44,328 bases of DNA from Lentisphaeria bacterium (GTDB taxonomy: Bacteria > Verrucomicrobiota > Lentisphaeria > JABSQK01 > JAWLHB01): positions 1-44,328 of the forward strand of contig JAWLHB010000058.1 in the NCBI GenBank assembly GCA_041690595.1. Reading direction: 5' to 3'. A program made the position numbers and the translations under genes. This document shows, piece after piece, positions 37,415 to 44,328 of the stretch (position 1 is its first letter; every line of letters begins with the position of its first letter). The notes beneath the pieces were generated by a model. It was not told the DNA's origin. It searched no databases and saw only the letters and a list, made by a program, of their open reading frames with translations.

Positions 37415-38905
37415 TCAATACCAGCGCCAGCCCATGCCGGTGACGGGCTTGTTGGCGTGGGAGGAGCGGTCGTGGGGGGTGGCGGCAAGCTTGTCGCCGT
37501 CAAAGACCTGGAGGTCGCCAAGGTCGCGGGCGAGCTGCTCGAGTCGCTGCCGGAGAGCGGCTTTCTGGTCGGCGAAGGCGGGATCGGCGGCGCAATTGAC
37601 GAGTTCGTAGGGATCATCGTGCTGGTTGTAGAGTTCCTCGGTGCCGTTGGCCTCATTGAAGATGTACTTCCAGGCGCCGTCGGTGACCATGGTGCTCTGC
37701 ATGGGGGGCATACCGGTCTGGGCGTAGTAGCAGTCGCGCACCGGCTTGGCGGGGTCGGCAAGATGGGGCAGCAGGTCGAGGCCATGTACGGGCTGGGGAA
37801 TCTCGGCTCCGGCCAGACCCGCGAAGGTGGGCAGGATGTCCTGGAGACCGACGAGGGCGTCGCTGATGCGGCCCTTGGCGATACCGGGGCCCATGGCCAG
37901 GAAGGGTACCCGCACGGAGGCGTTGTGGTGGTTGGACTTGAAGGCGGTGCCGAAATCGCCGATGAGATCGCCGTGGTCGGCGGTGAAGAGGATGACGGTG
38001 GAGTTCAGGATGCCGCGGGCTTCGAGGTGGTCGAGAACGCGGCCGATCATGGCATCGAGGAAGGTGATGTTGCCGTAGTAGCTGGCGCGGGCGACCTGCC
38101 AGGCCTGGGGGCTCATGGTGGTGAGGCCGTGGGTGTAGCGAATGCTGTCCATGGTGGGCTGGCGCAGATGGAGGTCGTCGGGGGAGCCGACGGGCGGGGG
38201 CATATCGCGCGGATCGTACATGGCGTCGTAGGGACGCGGGGGATCGTAAGGGGAATGGGGCTTGGGTGAACTCATCCACATGAAGAAGGGCTGCCCGGCG
38301 CGCTCGTCGAGGTGGTGGTCGATCTGGCGAATGGTGCAGTCAGCGATCCAGTGGTCGACATAGTGTTCGGCGGGCATGGGGGCGGGGGCTGGGCGCACAT
38401 CGTTGTTGCCGATGCCGTGGGCGCGGGTGAAGCCGTGCCAGCCGACCTGGGTGAGGTAGTCGAAATAGTCCTCGATTCCGCTCTTTTCGCCATGGGGATC
38501 GAAGAGGGAGAGAATGCGGCCGCTTTCGTGTAGGTCGACATGTTCGAAGCCGTGCACCAGTCGCGGTTCGCCTGGTGGCGCGTAGGGAACGAAGTGCAGC
38601 TTGCCGAGGGCATAGGTGCGGTAGCCGGCGCCCTTGAGCAGTTCGGTGAGGAGGGGCTGATCGTCGCGGATTCTGCCGCCATTGCTCTTGAGGCCGGTGG
38701 CGCGATGGGGATAGTTGCCGGTCATGATGGTGGCGCGCGCCGGCACGCAGATGGGATTGGTGGTGAAGGCGTTTCGAAAGGCGACGCCCCCTTCGGCCAG
38801 GCGATCGAGGTTGGGCGTCCGGATGACGGCGTTGCCGAGGCAGTGGAGGCAATCCCAACGGAATTGATCGGCGGTTATGAGAAGCAGGTGCGGGTGGTCG
38901 GCCAT
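37415..38905 (-). CDS. Cys-type sulfatase
   Basis: ITADQ, TPNLDRLA, CVPAR (CxPxR), GKLH, KPHSPY, TADHG and ELYN...DPYELVN motifs. Confidence 0.95.
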   Translation of the reverse strand: MADHPHLLLITADQFRWDCLHCLGNAVIRTPNLDRLAEGGVAFRNAFTTNPICVPARATIMTGNYPHRATGLKSNGGRIRDDQPLLTELLKGAGYRTYALGKLHFVPYAPPGEPRLVHGFEHVDLHESGRILSLFDPHGEKSGIEDYFDYLTQVGWHGFTRAHGIGNNDVRPAPAPMPAEHYVDHWIADCTIRQIDHHLDERAGQPFFMWMSSPKPHSPYDPPRPYDAMYDPRDMPPPVGSPDDLHLRQPTMDSIRYTHGLTTMSPQAWQVARASYYGNITFLDAMIGRVLDHLEARGILNSTVILFTADHGDLIGDFGTAFKSNHHNASVRVPFLAMGPGIAKGRISDALVGLQDILPTFAGLAGAEIPQPVHGLDLLPHLADPAKPVRDCYYAQTGMPPMQSTMVTDGAWKYIFNEANGTEELYNQHDDPYELVNCAADPAFADQKAALRQRLEQLARDLGDLQVFDGDKLAATPHDRSSHANKPVTGMGWRWY

Positions 38906-39102
38906 GGGGGGGATTCCTTCGACTGGAAGATGGAGGCAGGTGGCTCACGTAATCATGCCACGCTCTGGAGAGTTGGCAAGCAGGCGCAAGGGAGTGGTGG
39001 GCGGAATGTGGCCGAAAAATGGGCAATCGGCATTGCCAGGCGGTATGGAAGCCGTATCTTGTGAGATCGACAGGTTGCACCAAAACACTGCGGGAGGGGT
39101 CC

Positions 39103-39846
39103 ATGAAGTACGGCATCGCGGATTACGGCATGAATGTCTGGTACGGCGGCTGCTTCGATATCGAAGCGCGTCTGGACGATCTGAAGGGTATCGGCTACGA
39201 AGGGCTGGAGCGCCTTTCGGCGGCATCGGCGGAGGATGCTCTGTACAAGGCGGCGCTCTTCCACCGGCTCGGCATGGACTTCGCGACGGTGCGGGGACCG
39301 GACATGGAGTCTTCCATTCGGTGGACGGCGGCGCTGGGCAAGGGCTATGTCTGGACCGCGGTGACGGGCAAGGATTTCGACACCTTCTGCCGGCAGGTGA
39401 ATCACCAGGTGGAGATGTGCGCGCGCTGGGGCATCCGCGCCGCGCTGCACAATCACCTTGGCACGCTGGTGGAGACACAGGATCAGCTCGAACGCTTTCT
39501 CGAGCGCTGCCCGGGTTGCACCCTGATTCTGGATACGGCCCATCTGGCGGCGGCCAATGGGGATCCGATCGACATCGTGCGCCGGTATGGCGAGCGGCTC
39601 GAAGTGGTGCACCTGAAGGATTGGCTGCTGCAGGACGAGAGCATCGGCTATGACAAGTGGTGGGAGAGGGGCCGCTTCTGTGAGCTGGGCGCCGGCAACA
39701 TCGGCCTGGACAATCTGGCGGTGATGAAGGCGGTGGTGGAGGTCGGCTATGACGGGTGGATCTTTGTCGAACACGACACGCACCTGCAGGATCCCCTGAA
39801 GGATCTCACGATCAGCCGCAACTATCTGCGAAGCGGCGGTTTCTAA
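39103..39846 (+). CDS. Sugar phosphate isomerase/epimerase, xylose-isomerase-like TIM barrel (IolE-like)
   Basis: GYEGLE, LHNHLGT, LDTAH, VHLKD, FCELGAG and GYDGWIFVEHD motifs. GGAGG RBS. Confidence 0.9.
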   Translation: MKYGIADYGMNVWYGGCFDIEARLDDLKGIGYEGLERLSAASAEDALYKAALFHRLGMDFATVRGPDMESSIRWTAALGKGYVWTAVTGKDFDTFCRQVNHQVEMCARWGIRAALHNHLGTLVETQDQLERFLERCPGCTLILDTAHLAAANGDPIDIVRRYGERLEVVHLKDWLLQDESIGYDKWWERGRFCELGAGNIGLDNLAVMKAVVEVGYDGWIFVEHDTHLQDPLKDLTISRNYLRSGGF

Positions 39847-39932
39847 CACCGCGAGGATGGGCGCTTGAAGGCGCGGCGGGGGGAGTACCATAGTAAGAGG
39901 ATTCCCTGAACGCTCAACCGGAGGAGATGGTC

Positions 39933-40526
39933 ATGAGAGAACTGCTTGTCGGCAGTCTGCTTTGCGGTTTGATGGTGATGGTGGGCTGCAACTATCTGGA
40001 TCAGAATCCGAAGGCGGTGAAGAGCGCTGTCGCGGAGCTTGAGCGTGACCTGAACGGCACGGCGAGCAAAGACGTGGCAAAGCATCTGGCCAGCGATTTT
40101 GCCTGGGAAGATGCGTCGAACAGGAAGCACGGGGCGTCCTCCTGGGCGAGGCGCATGCTCCAGCTGAAGGGCAGCGGGAATGTGACTTTTGCCGTCGACA
40201 CTGTCCGCAAGATCGGCGCGGACTCGTATCTGGCGCTTATCGACGTCACCTCGACTGGCGGTAGTTGGAGGCTGAGCCAGACGTGGGAGAAGCAGGATGA
40301 GAGCTGGAAGCTGGCCAACGTGCATGATCTGAGTGCCCCCTCGGGAGGGACGCCGCCGGCCGCGCCGCCCAAGTCCATCCCGGAACAGATCGTGGAAGAT
40401 ACCGGGCGCACGGTCGATTATGCGACGGGCTCCACGCCTCTCACCCAGAAGCGGCAGCTGAAGGATCGGATCAAAGCGGCGGAGACCAAGCAGAACGAGC
40501 GTACCCGCCGGACATTGAACGAGTAG
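39933..40526 (+). CDS. Lipoprotein with NTF2/SnoaL-like domain
   Basis: Lipobox MVG-C and GAGGAG RBS. HLASDF...QTWEKQDESWKLANVH resembles DUF4440/SnoaL C-termini. Confidence 0.65.
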   Translation: MRELLVGSLLCGLMVMVGCNYLDQNPKAVKSAVAELERDLNGTASKDVAKHLASDFAWEDASNRKHGASSWARRMLQLKGSGNVTFAVDTVRKIGADSYLALIDVTSTGGSWRLSQTWEKQDESWKLANVHDLSAPSGGTPPAAPPKSIPEQIVEDTGRTVDYATGSTPLTQKRQLKDRIKAAETKQNERTRRTLNE

Positions 40527-40530
40527 TCGC

Positions 40531-42117
40531 TCATTGCTGGACGAGCGCAGCCCAGTCGATGCCGCGCCGGACCTCTTCGGGCGCTGGAACCAGCTTGCGA
40601 CGCAGGCATTCGGCGAAGGCAGTCATCTGCTGGTCCCGGTTGATGGCGGCGGCGGCTATGATGCGATTCTCCCGGACGTAATAGACGCTGAAGTCGTACT
40701 CCGCGAGGGTGCCGTCGATGATGGTGTCGTCCCACTTCACCGCATGACCGACGTACCGCAGCTGCTTGCCGAACTGGCCGCTCCAGAAGAAGGGGATTTC
40801 GCTGTAGGGGGTGCTTTCGCCCATCATGCTTCGGGCTGTCAGGCGGCCATGCTGCTGCGCCACGCGCCAATGCTCGATGCGAACGTCTTTTCCTGAGACA
40901 GGATCGGGGAAGGTGGCGATATCGCCGGCGGCAAAGAGGCTCTCCTCACTGCCGATGACGGCAAGATTACCGGCGACACGCAGGCTGCCGTCGTCTTCAC
41001 GGGGAACGCCGCGAATGAAGCCGGTGATCGGGTCGATGCCGACGCCGAGGACGATGAAGTCGGCAGGCAGCGTGCTGCCATCGTTGAGGACCACGGAGGA
41101 GACGCCATCGTCACCAAGCAGGCGCTCGGCCTGGGTGCCGAGTCGGAAGGTGACGCCGTTCTCTTCGTGCAGCTTGCGGTAGAGATTCCCCAAAGGTTCG
41201 CCGAGCACGCTGGCAAAGGGGACCATTTCGGGAGCGACGACGGTGATTTCGACGCCGCGCTTCGTGAGGCTGGAGGCGCACTCCATGCCGATGAAGCTGG
41301 CGCCCATGATGACGGCGCGCTTTGCCTGCCTGGCGGCGGCGATGATGCGGTTGGCATCGTCGGGCGTGCGCAGGGTGAAGATATTCTGGAGGTCGGCGCC
41401 GGGGATATCGAGGCGGCGGGGGGAGCCGCCGGTGGCGATAAGCGCCTTGTCGTAGGTGATCGACTGGTTGTTGTCGAGGAGGATGGTGCGGGTATCGACA
41501 TCGAGGTGGTTGACGCTGCGCTCGAGAATGAGCTCGATGTCGAGGTCGCGATAGAATGCGTCGCTACGCAGGGGCATGTAATCCTTGTCTTCGCCTTCGG
41601 CCATGTAGGCTTTGCTGAGGAGAGTGCGGTCGTAGGGAAGATTCTGCTCGCGTGAGATGAGCAGTACGCGGCCCTGGAATCCTGCTTCGCGCAATGCTTC
41701 CACGGCGGTGCTGCCCGCGGCGCCCCCACCAACGATGGCAAAGAGGCGGCTGTCGCGAGTGGGATCATGACGGGTCATCCCGGGCAGGCGCTTGCGGGCG
41801 GGCTCCTCGGGCAGATGGACATAGATGGTGTCGTTCTCGATCTCGACCGGGTACTCCGGCAGAGCGTCGAGTGCGGGAGGATTCCGGAGATTGCCGGAGC
41901 GGGCGCAGAATCCGGCATGGTGCCATGGACAGACGATGCGGCCGGCGGAGAGGCAGCCTTTGGCGAGTGGCGCGCCGTAATGGGTGCAGTAGGCGGTATA
42001 GGCGTGATAGTCGCCATCTATTCGCACGAGCAGGAAGTGATCGTCGCCGATCTCCACCTGTTTCATTTCGCCTTCCTTAAGATCGGTGATCCTGCCTGCC
42101 TCTACGCGCCGCTTCAT
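40531..42117 (-). CDS. Rieske [2Fe-2S]-fused FAD-dependent pyridine nucleotide oxidoreductase (AIFM3-like)
   Basis: Rieske CTHYGAPL...CPWH. IVGGGAAG, PYDRTLLSK, ATGG, GASFIGME, AAGDIA, RIEHW and PFFWS motifs. Start at 42117 (ATG) or 42129 (GTG). Confidence 0.93.
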   Translation of the reverse strand: MKRRVEAGRITDLKEGEMKQVEIGDDHFLLVRIDGDYHAYTAYCTHYGAPLAKGCLSAGRIVCPWHHAGFCARSGNLRNPPALDALPEYPVEIENDTIYVHLPEEPARKRLPGMTRHDPTRDSRLFAIVGGGAAGSTAVEALREAGFQGRVLLISREQNLPYDRTLLSKAYMAEGEDKDYMPLRSDAFYRDLDIELILERSVNHLDVDTRTILLDNNQSITYDKALIATGGSPRRLDIPGADLQNIFTLRTPDDANRIIAAARQAKRAVIMGASFIGMECASSLTKRGVEITVVAPEMVPFASVLGEPLGNLYRKLHEENGVTFRLGTQAERLLGDDGVSSVVLNDGSTLPADFIVLGVGIDPITGFIRGVPREDDGSLRVAGNLAVIGSEESLFAAGDIATFPDPVSGKDVRIEHWRVAQQHGRLTARSMMGESTPYSEIPFFWSGQFGKQLRYVGHAVKWDDTIIDGTLAEYDFSVYYVRENRIIAAAAINRDQQMTAFAECLRRKLVPAPEEVRRGIDWAALVQQ

Positions 42118-42166
42118 GTTAATACTCACTATGGTTGGGGGTTATGGTTGATCAGCTTGTGATACG

Positions 42167-42182
42167 TGCAGTATCGATGCCA
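42167..42182 (-). promoter_or_regulatory. sigma54 (-24/-12) promoter upstream of the Rieske reductase
   Basis: The minus strand reads TGGCATCGATACTGCA (GG-N10-GC), about 50 nt before the start. Confidence 0.65.
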
Positions 42183-42341
42183 TTCCCTGGAGAGGGGGCG
42201 GGGAGGCTGGGAACCGGTCCCGCCATGTTTTGGAGAGTTTACAGGTGTAAATGAGGCTGCTGCCTTGGCAAGCGCGGCGGGGAGGCAGTAGACTATGGGG
42301 AATGCCGTTTTTTTTTCACACCGACTTAACTGAGGAATAGG

Positions 42342-43154
42342 ATGAAGGTCTACATACACACGGATATCGAGGGCGTGGCGGGCTGGGTCTTTTATGGGAG
42401 CAACTCGAAGTCGCTGCAGAACGCGGAGCATCTTCGCCGGATGAATGCGCTGCTGACGGCGGAGGTGAAGAGCGCGGCCGAAGGTGCCTTGGCGGCCGGC
42501 GCCGATGAAGTCTGGATCAACGACCTGCATGGTTGCTGCTACAATATTCAGTTCGAGTCGCTGCCGCGGCGCTGCCAGATCATCAACGGTCGCGGCGGCT
42601 ATTTCGACGCGTGGCTCCCATGCTTCGACGGGACGGTGGATGCGCTGGTCTGCATCGGGCAGCACGCGATGGCGGGAACGCCGAAGGCCGTCTGCCCCCA
42701 CTCGATGTGGCATGTGAACGACGACCTGAAGTTGAGCGAGACGACGATGGCGGCGGCGCTGGCCGGCACCCATGACGTGCCTCTGGTCTGCGTCAGTGGC
42801 GATGACAAGATCTGCGCGGAGGTGGCGGAGAAGGTGCGGGGGGTGCGTACGGCGGTGGTCAAGTACGGTATCGCGGCGCAGAATGCCCGCAGCTTGAGCC
42901 CGATCGACTCATGCGAGCTGATCTTCAAAGTGGTCGAGGAGGCGGTGAAGCAGCGTAAGGAGATTGCGCCCTACAAGATCCCCGGCCCCTATCGCCTGAA
43001 CATCTCGGATCGCGATCCGGCTGTGCGCATCTTCGAGGAATCTGTCCGCGGTGATGAGCTGTGGGAGACGGTTCATCGCGCGCTGAACTCGACGACCTAC
43101 TGCAATTTTGGCAAGGATTCGATCGACGATCGCAGCTTCCGCTGGCCCGATTGA
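42342..43154 (+). CDS. M55-family (DppA-like) D-aminopeptidase
   Basis: MKVYIHTDIEG (DxE), NDLH, IGQHAMAG, SE and VSGDD metal-ligand pattern. GAGGA RBS. Confidence 0.9.
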   Translation: MKVYIHTDIEGVAGWVFYGSNSKSLQNAEHLRRMNALLTAEVKSAAEGALAAGADEVWINDLHGCCYNIQFESLPRRCQIINGRGGYFDAWLPCFDGTVDALVCIGQHAMAGTPKAVCPHSMWHVNDDLKLSETTMAAALAGTHDVPLVCVSGDDKICAEVAEKVRGVRTAVVKYGIAAQNARSLSPIDSCELIFKVVEEAVKQRKEIAPYKIPGPYRLNISDRDPAVRIFEESVRGDELWETVHRALNSTTYCNFGKDSIDDRSFRWPD

Positions 43155-43197
43155 GTCGAGAGTTCGCGACCCTATACCCCCCAAATGGAGAATGAGG

Positions 43198-44181
43198 ATG
43201 CGTATTTGTCTTGTCGGTGGCACGGGAAATATCAGCCGGAGCTTGACGGTGTTGCTGCTGGAGATGGGGCACGAGGTGACGTGCTTCAATCGTGGTACCA
43301 GCGGGGCGCCTCCAGAAGGGGCGCGGCTGCTGACGGGCGACCGCAAGGATCGTGACGTCTTCGAGCGGCTGATGCAGCAGGAGCGCTTCGATGCCGCCAT
43401 CGACATGATCTGCTACACTCGCGAGGACGCGCTGAGCGATCTGCGCGCCTTCAGTGGCGTCGCGCATTTCATCCAGGTCTCGACGGTCTGCACCTACGGG
43501 GTCGACTATGACTGGCTGCCGGTGAGCGAGGAGCATCCGCTGCGGCCCATCTCGGACTATGGGCGCAACAAGGTGGCGGCGGATGCGGTCTTCATGGCGG
43601 CCTATCATGGGGAGGGTTTTCCAGTGACGATCGTGAAGCCGTCGACGACGTACGGGCCGAAGATGGGGCTGCTGCGGCAGATCGCCTGGGAATTCAGCTG
43701 GATCGATCGGGTGCGGCAGGGCAAGCCGATCCTCATCTGCGGGGATGGACACGCGATTCACCAGTTCCTGCATGTGGACGACGCGGCGATCGGCTTTGCG
43801 CACATGTTCGGCCGGGAATGCTGCATCGGCCGGAGCTACAATCTGGTGCGGCGCGGTTTCACCACGTGGGAGGGCTGGCATAAGACAGCGATGGAGGTGA
43901 TCGGCCAGGAGGTGGAGTTGGTCGGCATCAGCACTCGCGATCTGGAGCTGCTGAAGGTGCCGGCGCACGATATCTGCACCTCGATCTTCTCGCACAACTG
44001 CTACTACAGTTGCGAACGTCTCTACCGCGATGTGCCGGAGTTCCAGCCGCGCCTCTCCCTGGCGGAAGGCATGCGCCGCGTCCTCGCGGCGATGGACGCG
44101 ACGGGCCGCGTCCCCACCGCCGAGGATGGCAACTGGGAAGACCAGATCATCGCGCGCGTGAAGACGATGCGCAGCGAGTGA
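43198..44181 (+). CDS. NAD-dependent epimerase/dehydratase (extended SDR)
   Basis: GGTGNIS, FNRG, GDRKD, YGRNK (YxxxK) and QFLHVDD motifs. Confidence 0.9.
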   Translation: MRICLVGGTGNISRSLTVLLLEMGHEVTCFNRGTSGAPPEGARLLTGDRKDRDVFERLMQQERFDAAIDMICYTREDALSDLRAFSGVAHFIQVSTVCTYGVDYDWLPVSEEHPLRPISDYGRNKVAADAVFMAAYHGEGFPVTIVKPSTTYGPKMGLLRQIAWEFSWIDRVRQGKPILICGDGHAIHQFLHVDDAAIGFAHMFGRECCIGRSYNLVRRGFTTWEGWHKTAMEVIGQEVELVGISTRDLELLKVPAHDICTSIFSHNCYYSCERLYRDVPEFQPRLSLAEGMRRVLAAMDATGRVPTAEDGNWEDQIIARVKTMRSE

Positions 44182-44203
44182 GACGCGGAGACGCGGGGAC
44201 GCG
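44180..44203. repeat. 8-bp tandem repeat (GAGACGCG-type, three copies)
   Basis: gagacgcg gagacgcg gggacgcg immediately after the epimerase stop. Confidence 0.6.
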
Positions 44204-44328
44204 CCAGTGGCATCAAGTCCCACTACTAGCCCAACTTCAGCACTTTTCGATGATTTTGAGGCTGAGTGTTTCATTTTTCGTCACTACTGGCTCTCTGGGG
44301 TATGCCAGGATCGTTGAGGCTTCATGAT

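Noticed and set aside
38973..38988. TGGCAAGCAGGCGCAA as a sigma54 promoter for the IolE-like gene
   Set aside because: GG-to-GC spacing is 9 nt, not the obligatory 10.
42925..44274. 449-aa minus-strand ORF
   Set aside because: Shadow of the M55 peptidase and epimerase genes.

Overview
High-GC bacterial chromosomal window, most consistent with a PVC-superphylum organism, probably Lentisphaerota-like (inferred from a DUF1559-type prepilin-like gene, a Cys-type sulfatase and typical intergenic repeats). From left to right: (1) the left end of an IS3-family element and a 9-mer/96-bp repeat patch; (2) an approximately 11.4-kb polysaccharide-utilisation-like locus with no SusC/D (GntR/LacI-type regulator, two uncharacterised glycoside-hydrolase-like proteins, a LamG protein, a CBM9-like/DUF6067-type protein and a prepilin-like protein) next to tRNA-Asp; (3) housekeeping genes (mscS, mraZ-rsmH-ftsL-ftsI, rpsT, murC-coaBC, dsbD, folA); (4) the most striking element, a PspF orthologue divergent from a sigma54 promoter with two PspF-type UAS palindromes, which points not at pspA but at YqiJ/NfeD-like + flotillin + a 1760-aa coiled-coil AAA+ ATPase, followed by a rhomboid protease; this PspF has His at the PspA-contact Trp56 position; (5) a second divergent sigma54 module (pseudo-receiver activator, an unannotated 41-aa Cys-cluster peptide and a small secreted protein); (6) a DEDDh exonuclease, sulfatase, IolE-like isomerase, lipoprotein, sigma54-preceded Rieske/FAD reductase, M55 aminopeptidase and NAD-dependent epimerase. 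GC skew on the + strand flips from strongly C-rich to strongly G-rich across the window. All family calls are from motif recognition by eye; no database searches were run.
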